Shown here: positions 51,181-63,757 of the stretch, piece after piece
Position numbering within the stretch: the stretch's first letter is position 1
How the letters are laid out: every line of letters starts with the position of its first letter
Origin: Octopus bimaculoides
Lineage: Eukaryota
Length of the DNA: 64,000 nt
Direction: 5' to 3'
NCBI RefSeq assembly: GCF_001194135.2
Contig: NC_068983.1
Location: forward strand, 50,010,759-50,074,758
Translations under genes and position numbers: made by a program
The notes under the pieces: generated by a model
What the model was told of the DNA's origin: nothing
Seen by the model: the letters and a program-made list of their open reading frames with translations, nothing else
Database searches by the model: none

Positions 51181-53214
51181 CTGGTATACAAATGTATGAA
51201 ATCAACGCATATACATATAAATGTTTCATAACTTGATGTGGAACAGAATAGGAAGACAATCCGGATAAACTGGCAAAATGTAGGAAATTTTTGTCGAGCT
51301 ATTCCCTGCACTTTTCTGCAGCTAGATTTATGTACATTAATCGCATAAATCATAAATTTACACACTGAAGGGGGTAAATGTAAATTTATTAAACTCGTGA
51401 AACTAAATTTCTTTACATATGTACGTTTCATAGGGAAATTTTGATATTGTCACGGCTCTGTGGGTTTGCTTTGTAATGGCTATTCTATAATGGACTGAAT
51501 TTCATGGTAACCTTACAATTAAATTTTGTCTCCTGACATCAGCGGCGTGGTTGATAACCGTATCTGTATTTTTGGCGTTAATGATAATGGAGATGGTTAT
51601 TGATGAAGGCGATGGCCTTTAGATGATGATGATTAACAATAATTTTAGAGTGTATAATTGTAACAAAGGTGAAGCTGGAGTGGGCCTTGATGCTGATTGT
51701 CATTGTGTACATAGTATATCCGGTTATAGCATAATGATGAGGCTTGTGTTATTTCATTGGTTGAGCACGGCATTCTATGATTTTACCAAACAACTTTTGC
51801 GATCCTTGATCTTTATTTGCTTTGCATTCTTCGTACCTAGCCAACCTGTGAGGGTGCACTTTTCTGTGGCTTACATTACCAAATACTATAAATGTACACT
51901 CACATATTCTCATTTGCGCTTAACCTGTTCTTGTTTGGAAACGTTGTTCATCCAACACATTATATCCTATCTATAAAGTCCCATAACCCATTGTATGCCT
52001 CTGAAGAAAGTGACCATGCAAGCAATACTAATTGAGTTATAAGTTTAGACACGAAGTAAATATGTTTTGTCTGTTAAATACTTCAAACAGATATACCATG
52101 CCGTTTCAGTGATAGTATAAGAAAAGGTGATTTTTCGGCTAGTTATCTGGTATATAGGCATCTCTGGTATATGTCACATATACACGAGCCTGAAAATATA
52201 CATCGATTGGTACAGATAGATTTTATAATGTTTTTTACCTTCACTAAAATAATTCAGTTTGAAACATCGACAAATATGCCATGTTATTTCAAATGTTTCC
52301 TCATCAACAAACTGAATTTGAGATATCTAAAATCTCGTTACGTTATCTTGAAAACATTTTCAGATAACCCATATAAAAGAAAAACACAAAAAATATTAAA
52401 AAAACACCAGCATCACAATTATTCACCACTGGTTCCTATTTCTTCTGTTCCTGTCCAGGCTAATCCCTTACTAACTATTAAATCCTTCAGAACTTCACTT
52501 GTCACCATTTGTCTCCATTATTACATTGCCATTTTTCTCCTTGTATGCTTAAGGGTAAATTGATTTTTTTTTATTATTTTATTTGCTGCTGTTGTTTTTT
52601 TTTATCTTTGTTTTTCTTTGGTAATGTAGAAATTTGAAACTACTGTATAAAGTAATTCTATCTTTCCACAAACTATCGCAGACAGAATAGAAATATAGAA
52701 GTTAGATGAAAGCACATTCTGATTTAATAGCAATTCTTCTGAGATTAACTTCCAAAGCTGTGTGTGACAACAATGGCAAATATAGCAAAGTTATATGTTT
52801 GAGATCAATAGACACACGAAGTGGCTAACTGGACAGAAAATGATTGACTCAATTTACTTATGTCTGTACTTGCTTTCTATTCTTATTTTCTTTCTTGTTT
52901 ACTTCTATTTTACCTTCTTCGTCCACCACTTCTTTACTATTTGTCTGAAATCGCAATAACCATACATGATCATTCATAACTGTACATCGACTTGAGTAAT
53001 TCGTTATGGTATGGTGGGGATTTAATGAACCTGAAGTGTCTATGTCATCCTCGCTTGCATGAAGTAGCTCTGACTATGAGGTAAATATCACTACCTACTC
53101 ATTTAGCCCCGAGCCATCTCGCGTCTGTCCTTTCTGATGGTAGAATGTTAGTTGAGACGGATATGGTTTATCTTTCAAGCAGGCTGCTATCTAGAAAATT
53201 TCCCTGCACATTGA

Positions 53215-53425
53215 GTATTGATTTCAAATTTTGGCACAATGCCTGTAATTTCGGGATAGGGCTTGTGTCGATTACCTCTACCCTAGAGCGCAACTGGTAC
53301 TTATTTTATCGTCCCCGAAAACGTGAAAAGCAAAGTTCACTTCGGGGAATTTAAACTCAGAATATAAAGTCGGACGAAATGCCGCTACGCATGATGTCCG
53401 GCGTGCTTAAGATTCCGCCAACGCG
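53215..53425 (-). mobile_element. SINE family A copy
   Basis: Family core present (diverged). Confidence 0.7.
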
Positions 53426-53828
53426 TCATGGGCCTCGCTGGTCTAGGAGCCCAAATCTGATCTATGTACGTTGAGGTTTACTGTCAATGAATAAATATTA
53501 TAGGGCTCACGTGCATTGATTTTTCAGGCGGTCTATAATGCAACTAACGTTGCTCTGCATCCCACCACAAGGTCTGGGGCCAGTAGGTCCAAAGTTGCAG
53601 CTGTTAAATATCTGTTTTTTACTTGCGGTTGTTAAGGTTGAGTGAGGGTATTTTAAACATGTTATTTCAGTTTGACTCCGAAGAATTGTATATGTCTTTG
53701 TGCAGTGTCATCTTGTCGTCTTAACGTATAGGGACACTGTTACTTTCAGGCATCAGTGTACAGAAAGCTCAATTCATATGTATTCTGCTGCTCTCTGTCA
53801 ATGTATATATACACGCACACGCATATAG

Positions 53829-53867
<39 letters not shown>

Positions 53868-53900
53868 TTACATTATAAATATAATCATATATCATTTTTT

Positions 53901-53970
<70 letters not shown>

Positions 53971-53995
53971 TAAGCTCCAATTAAAGCGACTATTG

Positions 53996-54094
53996 TAAAC
54001 AAATTGACTGAAAGAAATGGGCCGAACCACTGGGAATTAATCTTGTCTTCAGTTCCCAGTGGTTCAGCACATCTTTTTTCAGTCAATTTGTTTA
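53996..54094. repeat. ~99-bp near-perfect hairpin
   Basis: TAAACAAATTGACTGAAAGAAATGGGCCGAACCACTGGGAA pairs with TTCCCAGTGGTTCAGCACATCTTTTTTCAGTCAATTTGTTTA. Confidence 0.85.
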
Positions 54095-54228
54095 GATTAG
54101 TTGCTTTAATTGGATCCTGTATTATAATTATTAAGAAAATAATAATATACAATTACAATTAGATTAGTTGCTTTAATTGGATCCTGTATTATTATTATTA
54201 TTAAGAAAATAATAATATACAATTACAA
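54092..54228 (+). repeat. Direct tandem duplication of ~68 bp
   Basis: TTAGATTAGTTGCTTTAATTGGATCCTGTATT...TATACAATTACAA occurs twice. Confidence 0.9.
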
Positions 54229-55339
54229 TTATTGTTAAAAGACCTATATGGTCGCTTTTGTCCGATATTTAGTTCTGAGGGGAAAATGAGATCTGTGACA
54301 AATTTGGAATTACGACATCAGAGAAGAGTGATCTCTGAGGCACAGTAGGGATAATGACATCAGAGAAGTGTGATTATTATAAAATGGGCTGAAATATGTA
54401 CACGCTGGGCTGGAGTGTTTGTTCCTTGAATTAGTGTAAAGTCCACAAAACAAATATCCTGATGAATGAGCAACTCTGAAAATGAGCTTATCATTTCTTC
54501 CTCTTTGATAATTAATAGTCATTATTTAATGTTTACGTCAACAAATACACCAACTTAAGCATGAAATCATGTCGTAGTCAAGCTATGATATTATTTTGCA
54601 GAGGTACAGTTATTAAGAAAACAAATTTTGAGGCGGGAGAAAGGGGCATTGCATATTAACTTTGCCGTCCCTTCCAGGTCGAAGTGCTTGATGCCGTTCA
54701 TATCGTGTTTTGAGTGTCGCATGTCAACAGCAGTAGGAAAGACACAAGAAGAAGAATCTAGAGTGCTAATGTTTTAGGGAGGAAAAAAAAACTTGAAGGG
54801 AGTCAAGGGACCTGTCATCTGTTTAAGAGGGAACGTTGCTGGCGTCAAGTATGTCTTTGATGCATAGAAGAATAGAGAGTTGGGTTCAAAACTATCGCCT
54901 GAGAAACGCAAGATTTGATCGGAAAAAGGTTGAAAGAGCTCCTTCAACACATGCTACAACAATGCTTTTTATGCTGAAAGAGTTTTCTTGCTCCATATCA
55001 TTTGAAAGAAAAACCAATACGAATGCAACGACTATGATTTCACGTCTGCTACTGATTCTGAAGGTCAAAAAGAAAATTATGATAGCACTCCCCGGCAGCC
55101 GAAGGAAATTCAATTTGCAGTATTTCCCTGAATCATTTGGTCATGATTAAAAAAGCTGAATCAGTTTCACCTGCATAATGTGTCCACTAGAGATTTCCCT
55201 TATTCATGAGTGTTTTTTTTAATAAAGGCTCAATATCGCTATCATTGAATTCCATAAATTAGAGCCATAATACTCCTTCTTGTCAATTATTCATGATTTG
55301 AGCAAATTTCAATAATCTTTGGTTTCACATATATTTCTT

Positions 55340-55540
55340 TCTAATTTTGGCACAACAGTTTTGAGAACAGGGGCAAAGCAATTACATAGGCCAGAGTACT
55401 TGACTGGTACTTTACTTCTTCAACCACCGGAAGGATGAAAGTGAAGTCGATCTCGGCGGTGGAATTTGAACTTCGGGCGTTAAGAGTGGGAAGATATGTC
55501 GCAAAGAATTTTTTCCAAAGAGCTAACAATTCTGCCAGAT
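55340..55540 (-). mobile_element. SINE family A copy (diverged)
   Basis: CCGGAAGGATGAAAGTGAAGTCGATCTCGGCGG...GGAATTTGAACT. Confidence 0.7.
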
Positions 55541-56403
55541 CGATGCTTCGTTTCATTATGAAAATTTGTTTCTCAGAGAATAGCTTGGAAAATTTGATGT
55601 GAATTTTTTTGATCGTGTTATGCTTTTAGTTCTAATATAATCATACTAAATAAATTTTCAACATAGACTAAAAACAGTTATTTGACAGTATTGGAAGCAG
55701 AAATGGTCAAGAGGTGTTTGTCATTATTCTTGTCACGGTTGCACTAGCATCAGAAAAGAATGACAGACATTTCAAATTTTTTTCTTGCAGATTAAATTTT
55801 TTCGTTTTCTTTTTATCTTAAAATTGTTTTCCTTATATTTTTATTCCATTTCTAGTATTCAAACTCTGTATTTACTGTTATCAAACATCAAATTTTCCTT
55901 GATTTCTTTTTTCAGATTTATCGTTGCTTTGTGTGTTTCCTTTTCTTCAGCTTGGGGACATTTTCAAATTATGGATACAAAATACAATAGAAAAGTGTTT
56001 ATAGCTTTTTGAAGTTTCAGTATTGTATTATTGATACAAATTTCTGACGCAATGATTGGCATAAATACAACAAATTTCAGAAGCGATGATTGGCATAGAA
56101 CACACAAATCACTTATTGACGAAGGTATTGTAGCAGGTAAAACAAGTTCAGAATACAGCTGGTACTGTAATAGACCACAATCGAGGAAGAAATGTCAGAA
56201 TTGAAAATGAGTGTATGAACTATCATAACTGGGCACTGGGAAACATATGTTGAAAGTCTTCGGTGCCGTGCATTCATCACAATGAAGTATGTCTATAACT
56301 TAGCAAAGCTCCAGATTAGTAATACCTTGTGGGTGGCGCACACATCAAACTCAGACACACATATACAGACACAAACACGCACACAGACACACAAACACAC
56401 ACA

Positions 56404-56437
<34 letters not shown>

Positions 56438-56549
56438 CATACACAAACGCACAAACACCAACATACACTCAAACACATACACAGACACACACATACACAC
56501 ATGCGCATACATATTTTAATCGAAGAGTACAATATTATCTATCCATTGA

Positions 56550-56870
56550 GAGAGCACTCCGTCGGCTGCGACGACGAGAGTCCCAGCTGATACGATCAAC
56601 GGAACAGCTTGCTCGTGAAATTAACGTGCAAGTGGCTGAGCTCTCCACAGAAACGTGTACCCTTAACGTAGGGAGATTCAGCGTGACACAGAGGGTGACA
56701 AGGCTGCTGGTCCTTTGAATTACAGGTACAACTTAATTTTACCAGCTGAGTGAACTGGAGCAACGTGAAATAAAGTATCTTGCTCAGGGACACAACGCGT
56801 CGCCGGGATTTGAACTCACGACCTTACAATCGTGAGTCGAATGCCCTAACCACTAAGTCACGTGCCTTCA
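56550..56870 (-). mobile_element. tRNA-headed SINE family B copy
   Basis: Body homologous to 3130-3450. Head ...GGGATTTGAACTCACGACC...CCCTAACCACTAAGTCACG. Confidence 0.85.
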
Positions 56871-57209
56871 CATTACGCTATCCACTACGGCCGATCTTAT
56901 TGGTTGGTTTCGCACCCTACACTCTCCATATATAAGGATTATTATTGCTTACAATAATATCAAATAGCAAGCATGCATAAAAAATATCATAGGGTAAAAA
57001 ATCATTAATTAATAATCAAGGGTGCTACAAGCAGTACCAGCACACTAAAAATAGCTGCCAGAGGACGTCTAGAACCACAAACGTTCACAGATACACATTA
57101 ATTGAAATCGGGGTAATTGCTAACGAGAACTTAGTGGCATTTTCGCAAAGTACGAAATCGTGACGATACGGATATGTCTGGCTTTTCAATTTACGGTTCT
57201 TAATTATCA

Positions 57210-57246
<37 letters not shown>

Positions 57247-58756
57247 CATACATACTCTTCTCTGGTTCTATCTCTGCATCGACTCTTTTTTTTTATATTT
57301 CTTTCTTTGTGTGATTGTGCCACTTTGTCGAATACATAAGTTACCGGAAGATCTCATTTGGACTAGGCATCGCAGGATATGTAAAATATATTGAATATGC
57401 GCCTTACTTTACAACGGTACCTCTACGACTCCCTCATCTGTTGAGGGAACCCCTGAAACTCATTTTCTAGATTTGGGATAATTTGTTATATTTGTGGTTT
57501 ACAATCTTCGTTTATTATCACAATGCTGAATCACTCAGCATCGTATCATCTAAGTAATTCCAAAGAAGGTGTTAATTGAACGACATCAATATTCACAAAC
57601 AATAAACAATTATCGAGTCTTAAATATAATTTTAGTTTTACATATTTCATTTTCTATTTTCTAAAAAGAGATTATTTTCCAAAAATACTATACTAATTTA
57701 CATAATTACAGAAAATGAATTATTTTTCTAATCAGTAACTTTTTCCATGTCTACTGCAATTCGGTGACTAGCATATTCGCAATTTTTCAGTCAGGAACTA
57801 AAAAAAAACGTACTTCTTTTGTTTCGTTCTCCGAGAAATGCAATGTAGAAATAATCATGTTAAAAATGCCGTACCAATGTGGTTGCAACCTGTCAGAATC
57901 TTCGCCCTTGTATTTTGTTGATTCTCATTACAAAACATATTCATATTTAAAAGACACACTTATGGGGATCAAAGCATTATTAGATTAAACATATTTTCGG
58001 CCTTGAAACAACCTGTCAAATTTCTTGTCTCTGTTGATGTATAAAAACATCACTATCTGCTAAATTCAACATTACGTAGATTTTCAAGAAGAATGACGTC
58101 GATTCCAGATTGATTCAGTAAAGATGGAATGTATGAGAATACTTCGATGGCGAACATATAAGGAAGTTTTGGAAGGAAATGGATGGTGATTGTTTCGGTA
58201 GTCTACAGCTTTGAATAGTGGAAGGCTCTGATATATTTCCCTGTAGGTTCTGAACTAAGCTCCACTTACCGTGTTCAGGGATTTAAATGATACGAGGACA
58301 TGAAACCCAATGGGGATGGGGTGCTATTTAACACTTATACATTTAGATATTTGAAGATGGGTATTTATTTTCTGCGCTACTGCCAAATTTGATAGAGAAC
58401 CAAGAGAACCAATTTTACAATAGTTTTGACAAATTTATGGGTTTGACATGGTTGAAAGAATACTGTGAATTTGCGGTTAGATCTCCACTGGATGTAATCA
58501 TAGATATTTTCATTAGTGAAATATATTCTTTAACCATTTTCTAAACGAACATTTAAATTAGTCACACTGAAGAGGCGATCATAGATTGTAAATTCTAGAA
58601 TGTAAATTCATCATTAGTAGTGGAGTATATCCTTCTCTTGTAGATCTGAATCTCTTCATGAGAGTTCAATAAAACATTCAGCTGAAGTGTAAACAAATCG
58701 ACTTTGATATGATCTCCATTTCAACACTAATTTGTAGAGGATATGCATCCCTTCTA

Positions 58757-58960
58757 CTATAAGCACAAGACCTGAAATTTTTGGGGAGGTGGCCAGTCAA
58801 TTAGATCAATCCAGTATGCAGCTGGTACTTAATTTATCGACCCCGGAAAGGATAAAAGGTAAAGTTGGCCTCGGCGGGATTTAAACTCAGGACGTAGCAA
58901 CGGGGAAATACCGCTAAGCATTTCGTCCAGCATGCTAACGACTCTGCCAGCTCGCCGCTT
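58757..58960 (-). mobile_element. SINE family A copy
   Basis: Family core, ending CTCTGCCAGCTCGCCGC. Confidence 0.85.
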
Positions 58961-59861
58961 TACAGACGATATGCATCGTGACCGAAATGTGTGTCACACA
59001 GAAAAAGACGAGTATTCGTCATCGTATAATTAAATTATTTCCTAACGTGAGTAATATGTCTGTTTAAAATTTCACGACTTATTAATTCAAAAAATAATAG
59101 TCATATAATGGACGATATTTTCCTTGAAATACGCTCGAAGGAAAATATCCTCTAGACCGGAGACACTTTGCTAATATACCATGCAAAATATTCTGTCATG
59201 AATATATATTTATTTGAATAAGAGACAACTGTGATAATCATTGAAATCCAAACACTAGCACCATGTGTTTTTTTTTATTTATATAAAATATAAATATTTT
59301 ATATTTATTTATGCTCTTATTACATTCATATTTTATAAAATTTCTTTTTAAATATTTTCAATTAAGTTTCGATATAATTTTCTTTGGATAGCTTTGAATA
59401 GTTTATGCAAACTCTTTAGCGGTGTTGATTTTATAGTTCTAACATAATACGATGAAATTGACACCATAGAATAATAAAATATATTTCAACAGAGTTATAA
59501 GCAGAAACTGTCAAGCTGGGGATGTCATTAGTTTTGTCAGGGTTGAGCTTGCATTACAAAAATATGACAGTTATTCAATTATTTTCTTTCAGATTAATTT
59601 GTTTTGTTACGCTTTTTGTTTTCGTCTCCTAATATCCTATTATTTTCATTGTTGTCAAGTATTAACTCTACTTTGTTCTTATTCTGATTATGAGCGGATA
59701 TTTTCAGGGTCGGAGCAAAGAAGGTGGGATGCAAAAATGCTTATTTATTTTTTAAGACTTATAATACTTATCCGACTTTCATACATAATCACTTCTTTTG
59801 CCAGCACAAGGCCAACATATTTTTAATTTATTGTTTAGCTTTTAATTATTTTATACACCAG

Positions 59862-60082
59862 AGGGGCGAGCTGGCAGAATTATTAGCATATCGAGCAAAA
59901 TACTTAGCAGTGTATTGTCTTTTGTCCATCTTCATGTTCTGAGTTCAATTTCCACCGAGATCAATTTTGCACTTCATCCTTTCGGGATCAATAGAATAAG
60001 TACCAGTTGAGTACTGCGGTCGATGTAATCAACTTACATCCTTCCCAAATTTTCTGGCCTTGTACCAAAATTTGAGACCGAT
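59862..60082 (+). mobile_element. SINE family A copy
   Basis: GGCGAGCTGGCAGAAT...GTTCTGAGTTCAATTTCC... Confidence 0.8.
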
Positions 60083-60141
60083 TACTTTATAAACCATAGA
60101 GAAAGAAACGGGCTATTTGATGTCATTAATATTTAATCATA

Positions 60142-60394
60142 TAAATAATATAAATGCACCCTTTTAAAGCCTGGCCAGGCTCATTGGCCCAATTTCACGG
60201 TTTGAAGGGCATATGTGTTCCCCAGCTGGACGCTAGTCCATCGCAGCGTTACTCATTTTAGCCAGCTGAGTGGACTGGAGCAACGTGAAATGAAGTGTTT
60301 TGCTCAAGAGCACAAGGCGTCGCCCGGTCCAGGTATCGAAACCACAATGTTATGATCATGCTGACACCCTAACCACTAAGCCACGCGCCTCCAC
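60142..60394 (-). mobile_element. SINE with family B head but a different tail, 14-bp TSD
   Basis: TSD AATATTTAATCATA at 60128-60141 and 60395-60408. Shares the head and GCCAGCTGAGTGGACTGGAGCAACGTGAAAT with family B, then diverges. Confidence 0.85.
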
Positions 60395-60479
60395 AATATT
60401 TAATCATAAGACATCATAATTGAGTATTGAAAGCATTTAGTGGCGCCCTCTATCCTGTTCTGTTATCAATCAAAGTGAA

Positions 60480-60890
60480 ATATATAGATCTTTTATATTT
60501 TACTTGTTTCAACCACTGGATTGCGGCCATGCTGGGGCACTGCCTTTGAGGGTTTTAATCGAACGAATCAACTGAAATACTTGATTTAATTTGATAATAT
60601 TCTATCGGATTCTTTTTGCCAAAACTTTAACTTACGGGGATGTGAACAAACCAACACCGACTGTCACTCGGTGGTGAGTTGAATACAGACACACAGATAT
60701 TTAGCTCTCAATCTATACATAAAAATATATACAATGGGCTTCCATACAATTTCCTCCTATCAAGTTCACCCAAAAGCCCAGAGCTTTAGCAGAAATTACT
60801 CACCCAACGTACTGTGGAGTGGGATTGAACCCCAAAAAGCATGGCTGCAAATCTAACTACTTGATCTTAACCACAAAGCTACACGTGCTT
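60480..60890 (-). mobile_element. SINE family D copy (diverged)
   Basis: GCGGCCATGCTGGGGCAC...GTGGGATTGAACCC. Confidence 0.65.
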
Positions 60891-61470
60891 ATTATGATAA
60901 TAATAAAATATTTTTCTTCCAATAATTTTCTTAATTACGCATTATAAATCGCCATCTTAGGTCGGTGACAGCTTACACGAAACAACAAAAGGTCAAAATA
61001 AGCCGACACATTGGATTATGTTGAATGCGAAATGTTCAGCATTCTTTATTTTCAGTTAACTCCAAATATAACATCAATACTTTTAATAACCAAATAAACA
61101 TCACACATTATTATATTTCTTTCACTATAATTCATCGACTTTATGTCTAATTAAGAAGTAATTTTTTCTGACAAAATATTTTAGTCGTGAAGCACGAGAT
61201 ATATTTTTAAAGCTTCTTATATATATTACAAGTTCAGCCAAAAAACTGTAATCTGTCAGAATGAAAATAAATATAAATCTGACATTTTGATTTTCTAAAT
61301 CGGTTCAAAACTTAGTTTAAGGTCAAGTTTTACCCTGTATTTCAAAGTCAGTCGAATATAGATAAATTCTCTTTTAACAAGTAAGTATGAATACGGATGG
61401 TAGAGACTAGTATCTTTGCCATCACACCGAACTGATGTGACTGAAGCAATCAGCATTTATTTCAAACATA

Positions 61471-61754
61471 GTTCTAGTTCTATATTTAAGAGAAGAGGAA
61501 ATCTGTACATTATTTATATTATTTACATTCGACGGATATTTGTCCTCGTGTTGTTTGTTGTTAACACAACGTTTCGGCTGATATACCCTCTAACCTTCTT
61601 CAGGTGTCTTGGTGAAATTTCGAACCTGGGTTGTCATTCCTAAGGTATTTTACGATGTTATTAGTATTATTATTAATGTTCAGGTCACTGCCTGGAATTG
61701 AGCTCAGAATCTTGAGATTAGTAGCCCGCGCTCTTAACCACTACGCCATATGCC
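61471..61754 (-). mobile_element. tRNA-headed, hammerhead-tailed SINE-like element (family H), best-preserved copy
   Basis: Head 61683-61754 with A-box TGGCGTAGTGG and B-box-like GAGCTCAATTCC, (AAT)-rich spacer, hammerhead at 61563-61608, and tail ending AAATATAGAACTAGAAC. Confidence 0.85.
61563..61608 (-). ncRNA. Minimal type I hammerhead ribozyme motif with intact core
   Basis: GACAC-CUGAAGA-A-GGUUA(GAGGGUAUAU)CAGCC-GAAA-CGU-U-GUGUU. 5-bp stem I, stem II, palindromic ACGU stem III, GUU triplet. Confidence 0.7.
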
Positions 61755-63575
61755 TGTGCTGAAACTCAAGTGAGTGTTGTGATGGGAGAGAGCACACGGA
61801 TTGCATCGAGTTGTCATATAAATTAGTTCGTTTTTGTTTTCCTACTTAATTTCATTTTATCGTCTGTTATTTGAATTCAGACGACATCTATTTCTCTCGT
61901 TATGGTGATTTGTAACTCTATTTGATCTAAACTTTCTATTTACGGTTTTTAGAAATTTGATTAAATTTTATGTCTTTTGAAAAAAAGAAGAATTTAGCTG
62001 ACAAGTCAATACACAAAAACGGACATCTATTTTTGTGATAAGTTGAATTATGAAGTGCATGGAATATTTCAGAAATATTAAGTACTACGTAGTAAGTTAA
62101 CCACGAGAAAGTATGAATCGAAATGAAACATAGATATACTTGAACATGATAGCAGAGATACCAGAGAGTAAAAAGGAATAGATGCAATGAAAGGGTGTGA
62201 CACCGTACGGAGGCGTATATAATATATAAGTTATAGTTCTTCGAAATAAATGCGAAGTGAACTGGTATTAATGAAGATGTTTTAAGATAAGCATTATACG
62301 AGTGAATTGTTAATTAATGAATAAGTAATTAGAATACATGTAAAGCAAAATTTATATGAGTATCCTTTAGGACCAAGGAAAATTTGGAATTACTAGAAAA
62401 GAAAGCTCCCTACCTCAAAAACGAAACAAAAAATAATGTCGACGGCGTCACTTGAACTGATAGCGCTCTCTTTAAGTTAGAAGTAACATTTCCTTTAATT
62501 CAATTTCTGTCCTTAAAGTCTTAAAATGAAAACAGATGGGGTATATTTGGATGAAATATTTCCGATAATCAGTAATTAAATTTCAAAAAATAACAGACGG
62601 GTCGCTCAGAACCGAGACGTCATGATAACTCTGAGTCCGTTCTATCAAGAATGACCTGGGGCTAAGCAACAAAAATAACCCACGATCCATAAAGGAATAA
62701 TTCAATCGGTTATCCTCGCAAGCTTATGACCTTTACACAATGGCTTAACCACTTGGCACTGTTACCTATGCGTATGTCTACGAGAGAAATGAATATTTCT
62801 TGATAAAAAAGATGGAACGAAGCTGAACAAGATCGAGATATTTGCATATTCAATTTCTGGAGCAAGTATTTTTACACTTGGATGCATTTTGTCACACAAA
62901 CTACTAAAGCATAAAGCTGGAGTAGTTGTGAACTGCTGCATCTATTTTCAGCGTTGTTTGTCTGAAGAAAACATAGTTATTGTAGGATGCCTAGAGGAAG
63001 TATAGAATAGCTGTTGCAAATTTTAAAACTCATGATATTGCAGTCTGTAACCCTGAACTTTAACTCTGCAGACATTTAAGTTGAGGAAATAGAGATAATC
63101 AATAAACAGAGATTTTCCCTCAGAAACAGATTTATTATGATTTAATGTCTTTCTACATTACTTCTATTACTTGTAGACGAGAAACATGTCTGTAAGAAAT
63201 GTATACGACTGTGTATAGTTATGCGAATACACATACACACACACAAACATACACACACACATACATATATATATATATTTATATATATATATATATATAT
63301 ATNNNNNNNNNNNNNNNNNNNNNNNNNNNNNNNNNNNNNNNNNNNNNNNNNNNNNNNNNNNNNNNNNNNNNNNNNNNNNNNNNNNNNNNNNNNNNNNNNN
63401 NNNNNNNNNNNNNNNNNNNNNNNNNNNNNNNNNNNNNNNNNNNNNNNNNNNNNNNNNNNNNNNNNNNNNNNNNNNNNNNNNNNNNNNNNNNNNNNNNNNN
63501 NNNNNNNNNNNNNNNNNNNNNNNNNNNNNNNNNNNNNNNNNNNNNNNNNNNNNNNNNNNNNNNNNNNNNNNNNNN

Positions 63576-63608
<33 letters not shown>

Positions 63609-63654
63609 GTGAAAATATACACATATACACCCATGCATACATAGGCTCTCTCAC

Positions 63655-63757
63655 ACAGGTGCCTTCTTCTGTTTCGGTTTGTGAAATGGAACTTGAAAAT
63701 TGTTGGTCAGCCGGAGCCCGTGGCAGAAGTCATTTCGAGAAGAAAATCCTAGAGTAC
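63655..63757. CDS. Candidate exon (strand ambiguous)
   Basis: GC-richer island open on both strands. Minus 63655-63748 reads FSSRNDFCHGLRLTNNFQVPFHKPKQKKAP (ctag| ... |gtgaga). Plus from 63659 reads VPSSVSVCEMELENCWSAGARGRSHFEKKILE (cacag| ... gtacgt/gtaaga). Confidence 0.3.

Noticed and set aside
52171-52563. 130-aa ORF
   Set aside because: AT-rich composition, no motif and no splice or start context.
54455-54500. CUGAUGA...GAAA with a 5-bp stem III (AAUGA/UCAUU)
   Set aside because: No stem I can form, stem II is weak, and there is no homology to the pLTR-like families. Probably chance.
54790-55150. Frame with several TGA codons, suggesting mitochondrial code (NUMT)
   Set aside because: The stop count is about what chance predicts, a TAG is also present, and the peptide does not resemble mitochondrial proteins.
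47765-55994. Phase-compatible chain of plus-strand mini-exons (47765-47829, 51023-51083, 53748-53777, 55951-55994)
   Set aside because: The donors are mostly weak, and the chain was assembled by selection, so phase agreement is not evidence.
58050-58720. Possible further Penelope RT/thumb relic on the minus strand
   Set aside because: The resemblance is too weak to support without a profile search.
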